DNA of 57,862 nucleotides from a virus (Duplodnaviria; Caudoviricetes). This document shows positions 1 through 10,116 of the stretch, piece by piece. Both the position numbers and the translations under genes were made by a program. Under the pieces are notes generated by a model. The model did not search any database and had not been told where the DNA came from. It saw nothing but the letters and a program-made list of their open reading frames with translations. The stretch covers positions 1-57,862 of the IMG/VR virus record IMGVR_UViG_3300030108_003177; one strand, 5' to 3'. Within the stretch, counting starts at the first letter, position 1. Every line of letters starts with the position of its first letter.

Positions 1-3
1 GGT

Positions 4-144
4 ACTTTTACAATTCAATTTCCAACAGCAGACGCATCAAACGCTATTATTAGAATAGCCTAACAAAAGGCTAACCAATGGCGAACATTACTGGTTGGGG
101 TCGAGGCACATGGGGTGAAGGAGCGTGGAACGCTCCTCTAGCCG
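4..144. repeat. Terminal direct repeat, left copy (141 bp)
   Basis: 4-144 is identical to 57722-57862; consistent with a circular assembly overlap. Confidence 0.95.
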
Positions 145-1040
145 TTGAAGTTACTGGCGTTGCTGGTACTACGGCACTTGGAGATGAAGGCACTACTGCT
201 GGAGCCACAGTTATTGAAACTGGTTTAGCAGGCACCTCAGCACTAGGAAATACAGTTGAAACAGGAACTGCTAAAGTTTTACCAAGTGGTGTTGCTGGAA
301 CATCCGCTGTTGGAGATGAGGCGGCAAGTGGCAATATAGCTTTTAACGTCACTGGTGTTGCTGGAACATCCGCTCTTGGTAACGAGAACGCCGCAGGTCA
401 AACAGTTGTAAGTCCTACTGGAGTAAGTGCAACTGGTGCAGTTGGCAATACAGTTGAAACTGGCACGGCATCTTTTTCAGTAACTGGCGTTGCTGGTACT
501 TCTGCTTTAGGAGAAGAGGGAACAACGGCAGGTTCTTTAGTTATTGAAACTGGATTATTTGCTACTGGTGCAATAGGAACTGCTACCGCTGTTCCATCGA
601 TTGAGGTTGTGCCAACTGGTGTATCTGCTACTGGTGGTATTGGTGATGCTTTGGCAGCAGGTGGTGCTAAAGTTGTCGAAGATGCCATTACTGGAACTGT
701 TAATATAGGCGATGAAGCTGTAAGTGGTGGAGCAAATCTTTCAACAACTGGAGTAAGTGCAACTGGAAGTGTGGGTAGCGTTGTAGCTACTGGAGGAGCA
801 GGAGCAAGTCCAACAACAGTAACTGGTACAACTGCTTTGGGAGAAGAAACCATTGATTTAACTTTGGTGGTTCCTGTAACTGATGTTTTTGGTTTAGGAG
901 AAACGGGAACACTTGCCATAGTGGGACAAACTGTGGTATCTTTAACTGGAGTCAGTGGCACTGGTAGCACTGGAGAAGAAATAATATATAGTTTAATTGT
1001 TCCTAACCAAACAGCTAATTGGGTAGAAACGGCGGCTTAA
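78..1040 (+). CDS. Virion structural protein with about 13 imperfect 22-aa Gly/Thr/Ala/Val repeats (fibre-like)
   Basis: Repeats such as TGVAGTSALG and TGVSATGAVG; N-terminal GWGRGTWGEGAW; lies in tail module. Confidence 0.65.
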   Translation: MANITGWGRGTWGEGAWNAPLAVEVTGVAGTTALGDEGTTAGATVIETGLAGTSALGNTVETGTAKVLPSGVAGTSAVGDEAASGNIAFNVTGVAGTSALGNENAAGQTVVSPTGVSATGAVGNTVETGTASFSVTGVAGTSALGEEGTTAGSLVIETGLFATGAIGTATAVPSIEVVPTGVSATGGIGDALAAGGAKVVEDAITGTVNIGDEAVSGGANLSTTGVSATGSVGSVVATGGAGASPTTVTGTTALGEETIDLTLVVPVTDVFGLGETGTLAIVGQTVVSLTGVSGTGSTGEEIIYSLIVPNQTANWVETAA

Positions 1041-1055
1041 CAAAAGGAAAGTAAT

Positions 1056-2231
1056 ATGGCTAGTACATTTGTAAATAATCTTAGACTCGAAGAAATGGCG
1101 ACTGGAGAGCAGTCGGGTAACTGGGGTACAAAAACAAATACCAATCTAGAACTTATAGGTGAGGCGTTAGGTTTTGGTACAGAGGGCATAACAACAAATG
1201 CAGATACGCACACAACGACAGTAGCAGACGCTACTTCTGATCCTGGCAGAGCTATGTTTATTAAATATACTGGAACATTAGACTCAGCTTGTACGATTAC
1301 AATAGCACCTAATACAATGAAAAGAGTTCACATTATTGAAAACGGAACAAGTGGCTCACAAAACATTATTATTTCTCAAGGGTCGGGTGCAAATGTAACG
1401 ATAGCACCTGGCACTGTAAAAGTTGTTTATTTAGATGGTGCAGGCTCTGGTGCAGCAGTTGTAGATGCTTTCGCACATTTAGCCGCCGTAGATTTAACAG
1501 TGGATGATGATCTCATAGTTGGAGATGATGTAAGTTTAACCTCAGACGGAGCTGTTTTATCTTTTGGTGCTAATTCTGAAATTGCATTAACTCATGTGCA
1601 TGATACTGGATTGCTTTTGACAGATAGTGGAGGAACACCAACACTACAATTACATGACTCAAACGAGGCTGTTTTATCAGATGGTTCAAATTTAAAATTA
1701 ACCTCTGGTGGTACAACATTTACAATACCATCTTCTGATGGTTCTGACGGACAGTTTTTAAAAACAGATGGAAGTGGAGCACTTTCTTTTGGTACAGTAA
1801 GCACAACCACAGCTTTAGATGACATAGCAACGGGTGATGCAGCATCTACATTAGCAACATCGGCAGGCAATATAACTATTGATGCTCAAGGCAACGATAC
1901 TGATATTATATTTAAAGGCACGGACAACAGTTCTGATATTACCATGTTAACTCTTGACGGCAGTGAAGCAGGTGCTGCTACATTTAATGCAGGTGCCACT
2001 TTTGGTGGAACATTATTACCAGCCGCAGATGATACACATGATTTAGGTTCTTCATCTGCTCAATGGAGGGATATATATACTGGTGATATAAATTTAAATA
2101 ACACCAAAACAAGAGATAATGAAGTAGATGGCACTAGAGGCTCTTGGACAATACAAGAGGGTGCAGAGGATTTATTTTTATTAAATAGATTAAACGGCAA
2201 AAAATATAAATTTAAACTAGAGGAGATGTAA
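1056..2231 (+). CDS. Tail fibre protein
   Basis: N-terminal GEQSGNWGTKTNTNL anchor and C-terminal DLGSSSAQWRDIYTGD...GSWTIQEGAEDLFLLN typical of marine phage fibres; SD AAGGA. Confidence 0.75.
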   Translation: MASTFVNNLRLEEMATGEQSGNWGTKTNTNLELIGEALGFGTEGITTNADTHTTTVADATSDPGRAMFIKYTGTLDSACTITIAPNTMKRVHIIENGTSGSQNIIISQGSGANVTIAPGTVKVVYLDGAGSGAAVVDAFAHLAAVDLTVDDDLIVGDDVSLTSDGAVLSFGANSEIALTHVHDTGLLLTDSGGTPTLQLHDSNEAVLSDGSNLKLTSGGTTFTIPSSDGSDGQFLKTDGSGALSFGTVSTTTALDDIATGDAASTLATSAGNITIDAQGNDTDIIFKGTDNSSDITMLTLDGSEAGAATFNAGATFGGTLLPAADDTHDLGSSSAQWRDIYTGDINLNNTKTRDNEVDGTRGSWTIQEGAEDLFLLNRLNGKKYKFKLEEM

Positions 2232-2232
2232 A

Positions 2233-2565
2233 ATGGCTTTAATTGTCGGTGGTGTCACAGTAACAGGCACACAAGTATTAGATGCAACAAAATTGTCAGG
2301 TAACTTACCTGCATTAGATGGCTCATCATTAACAAATGTGTCTGCAAGTGCATCAGGTCAAAATGGTAATACAGTGGGTTCATACACTTTGGCAAAAAGA
2401 ACAAATACCAGTCTTACTAAATTTGGAACTGTTTCTGCTGGTCAATTTTATCATGGCACCTCTGTAACTAATGCTGAAAAAGGTAATATATATAGTGGCA
2501 CATGGAGAAACATGTCTGGAACTATGACCACTGGTGAGGGTGGTATTTATCAAAGACAATCGTAA
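2233..2565 (+). CDS. Small tail-fibre-associated protein
   Basis: KLSGNLPALDGSSLTNV fibre-like segment and C-terminal GTWRNMS; follows the fibre gene; SD AGGAG. Confidence 0.55.
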   Translation: MALIVGGVTVTGTQVLDATKLSGNLPALDGSSLTNVSASASGQNGNTVGSYTLAKRTNTSLTKFGTVSAGQFYHGTSVTNAEKGNIYSGTWRNMSGTMTTGEGGIYQRQS

Positions 2566-2577
2566 GAGGGAATAGAT

Positions 2578-2838
2578 ATGACAATAAAAATACAAGGAAA
2601 TGGTGCAACATTAATAGATGCAAAAAATCCAGTATGGGCAAATGAAGAAAAAAATTTAATTACTTTAGAATGTAAGTTTTCTCATTATGCTAATTTAGGA
2701 ATGACAGAAAATAATGGATACTATGAGTTCTTGGCAGATCCTAATGATGCAGAGCAACATGGTAGAGAAATATACGCCAAAGCAGCAAATGGTGACTATG
2801 GAACTGTCGGAGACTATGTAGATCCAACTGGAGAGTAA
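2578..2838 (+). CDS. Tail fibre assembly (Tfa-like) protein
   Basis: EFLADPNDAEQHGREIY...GDYG resembles Tfa chaperone N-terminal domains; context. Confidence 0.55.
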   Translation: MTIKIQGNGATLIDAKNPVWANEEKNLITLECKFSHYANLGMTENNGYYEFLADPNDAEQHGREIYAKAANGDYGTVGDYVDPTGE

Positions 2839-2840
2839 TC

Positions 2841-3410
2841 ATGCCTATTACATCTTTGAAGTTTAGACCAGGCATCAATAAAGAAACTACGTCTTACTCT
2901 AACAAAGGTGGGTGGAATGATTGCGATAAAGTTCGTTTTCGTTTCGGTTATCCAGAAAAACTTGGTGGTTGGGAAAAATATAGCTCCTCTACTTTTTTAG
3001 GAACTTCAAGATCTTTACACGCATGGGCAAACCTCGAAGGGAATGATTATCTTGGAGTAGGCACAGAGATTAAATTTTATATTGAAGAGTCAGAAACTTA
3101 TAACGACATAACTCCGTTAAGAAGAAAAGTTGTTAATGGCGAAGTCGTTTTTGATATAAATGGCAATACAATAGCATTTGGCATAACAGGTAGTGCTGGC
3201 ACAAGTGGTGTTGGAACAGTTGTCATTGAGTCTGCTTATGCAGTAGAATCAACTAACCCAGAAAACAATTTAAGAATATTAGGAACTACAGAAGTAGGAA
3301 CAGTCACTATAAACACTCCTCCTTCTGCTGCTAATTTATTTGGCACTGGTGCAGTTGGAACAGTAACTGTAGATATAAGTAATGAATCGACTGTGGTGGT
3401 AGGTGATTAA
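2841..3410 (+). CDS. Tail nozzle/stabilization protein, N-terminal part
   Basis: LKFRPGINKETTSY...GGW.DCDKVRFRFG...EKLGGW is the usual N-terminus of this family; in frame with the next ORF, separated by one TAA. Confidence 0.65.
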   Translation: MPITSLKFRPGINKETTSYSNKGGWNDCDKVRFRFGYPEKLGGWEKYSSSTFLGTSRSLHAWANLEGNDYLGVGTEIKFYIEESETYNDITPLRRKVVNGEVVFDINGNTIAFGITGSAGTSGVGTVVIESAYAVESTNPENNLRILGTTEVGTVTINTPPSAANLFGTGAVGTVTVDISNESTVVVGD

Positions 3411-3413
3411 CAT

Positions 3414-4955
3414 ATGGCGATCACATTCATAACTGCAACTGATAGCACAAGTGTAACAGTAAATGACTCCGATCATGGTGCTTTAGTTGGAGATTTTGTA
3501 ACTTTTAGCAATGCAAATACTGGCACTACAGCATTAAACACACAACTTAATGCAGAGCATCAGATTGTAACTGTTCCAGATTCAGGAACTTATACTATTA
3601 CTTTATCTGACAATGCCGCAGCACCTTTGTCTAGTGCTGGATCAGCAGACGCAGAATATCAAATTAACATCGGTATTAATACTGTAGTACCAGGTGATGG
3701 ATGGGGTGCTGGAACTTGGGGTGCAGATGGATGGGGTTCTGCTTCAAGTGAAACTGCTGGTGGTGGCACACTTCGCTTATGGTCACAAGATAATTTTGGT
3801 GAAGACTTAATTTTTAACCAAAGAGATGGTTTTGTTTTTTACTGGGATAAATCAAATGGGTTAAGCACACGAGCAAAAAATTTAATAGAGTTGTCTGACG
3901 CTGCACCAACAATATCAAGGAAAGTCATTGTATCTGAAAGAGATCGTCATGTTATTTGTTTTGGTGCAAATCCTATAGGTCAAGCAACACAAGACAGATT
4001 ATTAATTAGATTTAGTTCACAAGAGAATCCATTTTTTTGGACACCAACTGCAACAAACACAGCAGGTGATTTAAGAGTGGGAACTGGTTCAGAAATCGTA
4101 AATGCTGTAAAAACAAGAAGAGAAATAATTGTATTAACAGACACATCTGTTCATAGTATGCAATTTATAGGTCCTCCTTTTACTTTTGGCATCAATCAAC
4201 TTGCAAGTAATATAACTGTTCGTGGATTTAACAGTGCCGTGGCAGTGGGTGATGCAGTTTTTTGGATGGGTTATGATCGTTTCTATGTTTATGATGGTCG
4301 TGTACAAGTTATACCTTGCTCAGTAAGAGATCATGTCTTTCAAGATTTTAATGAGACACAATCCAATAAAGTTTATGCTGGTGTGAACTCAGCTTTTGGT
4401 GAAGTCTTTTGGTTTTATCCATCACAAACAAATGCAGTATCTAATGGCGGCACTGGTGAAAATGACAAATATGTTGTGTATAATTACGATCAGAAAATCT
4501 GGTATGTTGGTAGTCTTGCAAGAAGTTCTTGGATAGACAGAGGTGTTTATCAATACCCTATGGCAACAGACTCTAATCTTGTATACAATCACGAAAAAGG
4601 TAACGATAATGATGGCACTGCTTTTACATCATTTATAGAATCAAGTCCGATAGATGTACAAGATGGGGATCAGTTTGTCTTTTTAAGAAGAATGATACCA
4701 GATGTCAGTTTTGATAATAGCGATAGCGATATTAGTAATGATAACAAACAAGCGGTATTTTCTTTAAAAGCACAGAGAAGTCCCGGAGAAGGGTTTGTTA
4801 AAACATCAACAAATACAGTTAGTTCTAACACACAGTTAAATCATTTAAGATTGCGTGGAAGATCATTTGGTCTTAGAGTAGAAAGCACAACACAAGGTGT
4901 AAACTGGAGACTTGGAACACCAAGGGTTGATTTAAGAGCGGATGGAGATAGATGA
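3414..4955 (+). CDS. Tail nozzle/stabilization protein (P22 gp10-like), main part
   Basis: LWSQDNFGEDL, RFSSQE, FIGPPFTFG, EVFWFYPS and C-terminal WRLG.PR.D...DG.R motifs; SD AGGTGA. Confidence 0.7.
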   Translation: MAITFITATDSTSVTVNDSDHGALVGDFVTFSNANTGTTALNTQLNAEHQIVTVPDSGTYTITLSDNAAAPLSSAGSADAEYQINIGINTVVPGDGWGAGTWGADGWGSASSETAGGGTLRLWSQDNFGEDLIFNQRDGFVFYWDKSNGLSTRAKNLIELSDAAPTISRKVIVSERDRHVICFGANPIGQATQDRLLIRFSSQENPFFWTPTATNTAGDLRVGTGSEIVNAVKTRREIIVLTDTSVHSMQFIGPPFTFGINQLASNITVRGFNSAVAVGDAVFWMGYDRFYVYDGRVQVIPCSVRDHVFQDFNETQSNKVYAGVNSAFGEVFWFYPSQTNAVSNGGTGENDKYVVYNYDQKIWYVGSLARSSWIDRGVYQYPMATDSNLVYNHEKGNDNDGTAFTSFIESSPIDVQDGDQFVFLRRMIPDVSFDNSDSDISNDNKQAVFSLKAQRSPGEGFVKTSTNTVSSNTQLNHLRLRGRSFGLRVESTTQGVNWRLGTPRVDLRADGDR

Positions 4956-5179
4956 GTAGACAATTAGTACCACCAAATTTTTCTTTGCCGCCGGATGAGT
5001 ATGATGTGCAGTATTTTAATGAAATGGTAAGAAGTTTAAGTCAATTGGTTACACAGCTACAAAACCCCGGTGAACTTAGAGGCACGAAGATTACTTTGAC
5101 GGATTTGCCTACAAGTGATACAGGTTTAGAGGTGGGTGCGTTGTTCAATGATAACGGAACAATTAAAATTAAGACATGA
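4952..5179 (+). CDS. Small tail protein
   Basis: ATGA-coupled to the nozzle gene; LPTSDTGLEVGALFNDNGTIKI fibre-like C-terminus. Confidence 0.55.
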   Translation: MSRQLVPPNFSLPPDEYDVQYFNEMVRSLSQLVTQLQNPGELRGTKITLTDLPTSDTGLEVGALFNDNGTIKIKT

Positions 5180-5208
5180 TAGACATAAAAAAGATAATAA
5201 GGTAAACT
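5180..5208 (+). promoter_or_regulatory. Sigma70-like promoter (TAGACA-17-TAAACT), probably giving a leaderless mRNA
   Basis: -10 box ends 5 nt before the ATG at 5214; no clear SD. Confidence 0.45.
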
Positions 5209-5213
5209 AGGGC

Positions 5214-6824
5214 ATGGGCCAAGCTACACAACAAATAGATATGCCAGCAGGTGGTATTGGTGACTTTATCTTTACAGATGAAGAAATTAAGCTACTTGAA
5301 AAAAAAGAGGTAGAAGATCAGTACGGTACAGAGGGTATTGCTACTTTTAATGATATTGGCAGAAAGATGGCAAACTATGGTCGTTATGGCGATGATACTG
5401 TTGCTCACGTTGAAACAGGCGAGCTTATCGTCCCACGGGCCTTGATAGAAAACAACCCAAAACTAAAAGAAAGTATCTTTTCTCATCTTAGAGAATTAGG
5501 CGTAGAAGATCCAGAAAGATATGTTGTTGGTACAAGTAAGAATAGTATTAATCCAGACACAGGATTACCTGAGTTTTTTCTTAAAAAGTTATTTAGAGGT
5601 ATAAAAAAAGGCGTTAGTTCTATTGGTAAAGGCGTATCAAGAGCATTAAAAGGCGTCGGTAAAGCCTTAAAAAAAGCAGCTCCTATAGTATTACCTGTGG
5701 CTTTAAATTTTTTATTTCCTGGGTTAGGTGCAGTTTATTCTGGTGCAATTGGATCAGGTATAGCAACTTTAGCACAGGGCGGTAGTTTAAGTGATGCTTT
5801 TAGATCTGCTCTTGTAGGTGGTGCTACTGGTGCTGTAGCAGCTGGACTAGCAGGGCCCGGTGAAGGTTTAAGTGGTTTTGGACAGAATATAGCTGCTGAT
5901 GTAAGCACAGGGACCTCAAATATAGGTAGTGCATTTCAAGGAGATTTTAGTGGGTTACAAGGCAGAACTTTACCTAGCATTAGAGATTTAGGTGGTAGTA
6001 CTACAGACACTGTTCGAGCAGATACTGTTCGAGGCGATGCGGTTAAATTCGACAAAGTTGGTATAGAAAAACTTGACCCAATTGGAGGTTCTGACGTTTC
6101 CGTTGGTTCAGATCTGTATGGAGAATATGATCCATTAGTGCCAAAAAAACCAACAACATTTGATACTTTATCAAAAAATATTCAAACCGGAGCAAGTAAA
6201 GTTAGTGATTTTGCTTTTGGTAAAAGTCCCACACAACTATCAATTAATCAGCGTGCAGCTGAATTGGTGAAAGATTTTCCAGGTCTTTATGGACCACAAG
6301 TGGCTGGCGGTAACAAATTAGCATTAGCAGCTGCTGAAAAAGAATTAGCACCAAAGTTGTTAGGCTCTACTTTTCTTCGTAAAGCGGCTGTACCAACGGC
6401 TGTCGGTATAGCAGCTCTATCTGGAGCAGGAGCTTTTGATGTACCGGAGGAACCGCCATTAGTTAAGCCAGAGTCAGGATTAGATGTTTACAGTAGAAAC
6501 CCTGAGCTTTATAACATAGCAAACTTTAGACCTAGATTTTCTACAGCTAATTATACTGTGCCTTCTAATTTTCAGTTTGATTACACACCTTATCAAATAG
6601 GTTTAGCTGAGGGCGGTGATGTGTTTCCAAGAAGAACAGGTGGTATAGGACCAAACGAAGGCACACCGGGCAAAGACAGCGTGAGAGCTATGCTCATGCC
6701 GGGTGAGTTTGTTATGACAACAGACGCTGTAAGAGGATTAGGTAACGGAAACCTTAACACTGGCATAAAAAATATGTATAGTGTGATGAGTAAATTAGAG
6801 AAAAAAGGAAAGGCGATGGCATAA
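5214..6824 (+). CDS. Internal virion/ejection protein with tape-measure-like C-terminal domain
   Basis: Gly/Ala-rich hydrophobic middle; C-terminal LAEGG...GTPGKDSVRAMLMPGEFVM; N-terminal GRYGDDTVAHVETGE. Confidence 0.6.
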   Translation: MGQATQQIDMPAGGIGDFIFTDEEIKLLEKKEVEDQYGTEGIATFNDIGRKMANYGRYGDDTVAHVETGELIVPRALIENNPKLKESIFSHLRELGVEDPERYVVGTSKNSINPDTGLPEFFLKKLFRGIKKGVSSIGKGVSRALKGVGKALKKAAPIVLPVALNFLFPGLGAVYSGAIGSGIATLAQGGSLSDAFRSALVGGATGAVAAGLAGPGEGLSGFGQNIAADVSTGTSNIGSAFQGDFSGLQGRTLPSIRDLGGSTTDTVRADTVRGDAVKFDKVGIEKLDPIGGSDVSVGSDLYGEYDPLVPKKPTTFDTLSKNIQTGASKVSDFAFGKSPTQLSINQRAAELVKDFPGLYGPQVAGGNKLALAAAEKELAPKLLGSTFLRKAAVPTAVGIAALSGAGAFDVPEEPPLVKPESGLDVYSRNPELYNIANFRPRFSTANYTVPSNFQFDYTPYQIGLAEGGDVFPRRTGGIGPNEGTPGKDSVRAMLMPGEFVMTTDAVRGLGNGNLNTGIKNMYSVMSKLEKKGKAMA

Positions 6825-7690
6825 TGGCAGTAGAAGAAACCATACAAACCGTCAGGGAAAGTCCCGAAATAGAAGCCTATCGTATTGGCCTTTTAAAAAC
6901 AGCAAAAGAACTTGCGGACTTAGGAATTGATTTACCTCCCCAGCAAGTTGCAGAAATGACAGGGTTACAAAGAGCGGCGATTGCTCAACAGATGGCAGGT
7001 CTTGGTTCTTTTTTACCTTTTCTGCAACAAGCAGGACAAACTTTGGGTGGTGTTGAAGACGCTCTAAGAGCTGGAGCAGGTCCTGTAACAGATGAAATGT
7101 TACAGAGTTATATGAACCCTTTTCAACAAGCCGTACAAGATGAAATAAATAGAAGTTTTGATATACAGCAGAGACAAGCTGCTGCGGGGGCTGTAGGACA
7201 AGGTGCTTTTGGTGGTTCACGAGGTGAAATAGCACAAAGAGAAATAGACAGAAACAGAGCAGATGCTCTAGCGAGATCACAGGCTCAAAACTTTTTACAA
7301 GCACAACAAGCAGCTGAAAGAGAACTAGCAAGGCAAACACAACTTGGCTCTGGAATTGCAGGTCTTGCAATGAGACAAGCGTCTCTCGGCGAAACAGGAC
7401 AAGCCTTACAACAAAGAGATATTGACAGTGCTTACAAACTAGGGTCTTTACAGCAGGCTCAAGATCAAGCTAGAATAGACGCCGCAAGAGCTAGTGATTT
7501 AGCACAGCTTTATGAGCCGTATCAAAGATTAGGCTTCTTATCTGACATTTACAGTAAGGTACCTACATCACAATCAACAATTACACAGGCAAGCACGCCT
7601 AATGTATCACCATTCCAGCAATATTTAGGGCTCGGTATTGCAGGGTTATCGGCAGCAGCAGGGGCTCAGAAAGCAGGGTTATTTGGATGA
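6824..7690 (+). CDS. Ejection/DNA pilot protein
   Basis: Gln/Ala-rich coiled coil with YMNPF and GAFGGSR, Gly-rich hydrophobic C-terminus. Confidence 0.6.
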   Translation: MAVEETIQTVRESPEIEAYRIGLLKTAKELADLGIDLPPQQVAEMTGLQRAAIAQQMAGLGSFLPFLQQAGQTLGGVEDALRAGAGPVTDEMLQSYMNPFQQAVQDEINRSFDIQQRQAAAGAVGQGAFGGSRGEIAQREIDRNRADALARSQAQNFLQAQQAAERELARQTQLGSGIAGLAMRQASLGETGQALQQRDIDSAYKLGSLQQAQDQARIDAARASDLAQLYEPYQRLGFLSDIYSKVPTSQSTITQASTPNVSPFQQYLGLGIAGLSAAAGAQKAGLFG

Positions 7691-10116
7691 TGAATAGAGC
7701 ATTATTACAAAGACAGATGTTTGCTAATGGCGGTAAAGTAATACCTGACGATGCAAAAGGTTTACAAGCTTTAGCAAAAGAACGTCCTGACGTTGTTAGA
7801 AAGATGGGTTTTCAAGCAATGCAGGAGGGCGGTTTAGCAGGTCTTATGTCACAACAGGACATGGCGGCTACACCTATGGGGTCACCACCAATGGATCAGC
7901 CACCGATGGCAGCACAACAGCAATTAGACCCAAACATTATAATGGGTGCTTTACAAACAGCATCCGAAACAACTGGAGATTTGGAACAAGCTCCTGACTT
8001 TCAATCTATGATGAATCAGTTTTCTGGTGAAGATAAGACAGAAGAAGAAAGAAGAGATGATTTGGCAAGTATAGTTGGACCAGAGGACGCGGCTCAAACA
8101 CCAGATAGTGTTTTAGCTTTGGTCACACCGGTAGTTCAACTTAGTATGGTAGAAGAAGGCATTGCACCGATGGCTCGCGACGCAATGGACACACCAGTAG
8201 AAGGCGATATGGCTGGCGGAATAATGAGCATGACGGGGGCTGGAAACGAACCACCCGAAAATTTTAAGTTAGGCGGTGAGGTTCGCCGCCGTGGAGACGA
8301 GGACCCAGTTTTAAAATTCGAAAATGCAGGGGTTGTACCTAACGTGGGTGGAATGTCTACTCCTGGTAATTTTGCAGCAGCACAAAATCAAAATATGCTT
8401 AGAAATCTTGCACTAAATCAACTTGCATTAAATAAAAGATTTGATCTGTTAAAAAATCAACCTACGGCAAACACTACTACTTTAGATGACGGTGCAGATT
8501 TGAAAAAAATATTTGAAAGTAGAAGAGGGATTTATAAAGACATACTTGGAGATACTGAAGAACAAAAAAGATTAACACAAGCTCAAATATTGTTTGACAT
8601 TGCCAATACAGCTTTAACTTATGCAGCTCCAATGCCCGGTGAGAAAAAAGGGTTATCTCCTGCTCAAAGATTAGCGATGGCGGCAACTACAACAAAACTG
8701 CCTCAAACCATAGCGGCAAGAGCAGCAAAACTTTCACAAGATAAACAAAAATTAGATTTAGCCGCTCTTACAGCCAGTGAAAGCATATTATCTGCAAAGA
8801 AAAAAGGGGATATTGAGCTTGCAAAAGCTCGGTTGACAAAAAATAAATTTAGAGAAGTCAAGCCTGCAAATATCATGAAAGATGGTAGGATTGTTGAACA
8901 AATAGATTTAAACTCGCCAATAGGCAGAAACAGGTTTAATAATTTACAACCGGGTGAAACTGTAGATAAACTAACAACAAAAAAGCTTGCTCCGAAATTA
9001 TTGGAGGTTCGTAGTAAAGATAAACCCTCAGTAATTGAAGATTTTGTTGACGTAAATGCAGAAGGTTTTAAACCTGAAAATTACAGCGATAAAATACTTA
9101 CTACCATTGGCCAATATGATGTAGAAAAAAGCGGTAGTTCATATAAACCCATGTCAATAACATTTCAGGGCGTAACAACGGTAGTTGATCAAAATTCACC
9201 AACAGGCCAAGAGGCTATAAAAAAAGCAAATAAACATAACGAAAACCCAAATAACAAAGATAAACCTAAATATGTGATGAGTACTTTGTCTTCTGAAAGA
9301 AGTGCAAAAGGCTTTTATGTTGAATATGACGATAACACAAGTGAATTAGTAACCAGTTTAGATGGCGGCAGGTCTTTTTATTCAAATAAGTTTGGTAATT
9401 ACTTACAGGGAACTTCAGGCAAAATCAAAAACTTTGCACCAATTAATGACAATGAAACATTTAAAATAATTAAAGCTGAAAAAGCAAGTAAAAAGGCCAA
9501 AATAAAATTAAAACAAATTGATGAAAGTTTAATTAAGGATCTTAATGCGAGTAATAATGAAAAGAAAGATTTAAGAGACGCTTTTGATTTAGTAAGAGAT
9601 GCAACAGGTCCTTACGCCCAAATTTATGCAGGATTAGATGCCTTAATCGGTGGTTTTGTACCAATTGACGGCGTAAGAAAGTTTTTTAAAGATGATGTCA
9701 AAGCTAGACTTTACGTCAAATCTATTGGAATACTTGGTCGTGCCGCTTTAGCTGTTAACCCAAGATTAGCAGTTGCTGACTTAGAACAAACTATGCAGTT
9801 GTTTCCAGACCCTAATAGGTTCATAGCTAACCCAGAAACAGAAGTTGAGAATTTAAGAAAAGTAAAAAGTATAGCTGTCAAACAACTAGTATTTTTAAAC
9901 AAAGCATTAGCTGAAGGTAATGTGCCTTCTGAAGAAATAGCACAAGTAAACTCTAAAATACTAGAAATAGAAAAACTTATTGATATACTTAACCCAGTAT
10001 CTTTAGATGGTAAAGCAACAGGTGCTGGAAAAGGTTTCAGTTATACACCTAAAAATCAAGGCGGTGGTTTAAGTTTTGAAGATAAATTTATTAAGAAAAA
10101 AACTGGTGGTAATTGA
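7687..10116 (+). CDS. Internal virion/ejection protein
   Basis: 809 aa, helical, in the ejection cluster; several Phi-x-x-GG motifs in the N-terminal part. Confidence 0.55.
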   Translation: MMNRALLQRQMFANGGKVIPDDAKGLQALAKERPDVVRKMGFQAMQEGGLAGLMSQQDMAATPMGSPPMDQPPMAAQQQLDPNIIMGALQTASETTGDLEQAPDFQSMMNQFSGEDKTEEERRDDLASIVGPEDAAQTPDSVLALVTPVVQLSMVEEGIAPMARDAMDTPVEGDMAGGIMSMTGAGNEPPENFKLGGEVRRRGDEDPVLKFENAGVVPNVGGMSTPGNFAAAQNQNMLRNLALNQLALNKRFDLLKNQPTANTTTLDDGADLKKIFESRRGIYKDILGDTEEQKRLTQAQILFDIANTALTYAAPMPGEKKGLSPAQRLAMAATTTKLPQTIAARAAKLSQDKQKLDLAALTASESILSAKKKGDIELAKARLTKNKFREVKPANIMKDGRIVEQIDLNSPIGRNRFNNLQPGETVDKLTTKKLAPKLLEVRSKDKPSVIEDFVDVNAEGFKPENYSDKILTTIGQYDVEKSGSSYKPMSITFQGVTTVVDQNSPTGQEAIKKANKHNENPNNKDKPKYVMSTLSSERSAKGFYVEYDDNTSELVTSLDGGRSFYSNKFGNYLQGTSGKIKNFAPINDNETFKIIKAEKASKKAKIKLKQIDESLIKDLNASNNEKKDLRDAFDLVRDATGPYAQIYAGLDALIGGFVPIDGVRKFFKDDVKARLYVKSIGILGRAALAVNPRLAVADLEQTMQLFPDPNRFIANPETEVENLRKVKSIAVKQLVFLNKALAEGNVPSEEIAQVNSKILEIEKLIDILNPVSLDGKATGAGKGFSYTPKNQGGGLSFEDKFIKKKTGGN

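Noticed and set aside
71-970. Minus-strand ORFs 71-352 and 398-970
   Set aside because: Antisense shadows of the Gly/Thr/Ala/Val repeat gene; no RBS or recognisable family.
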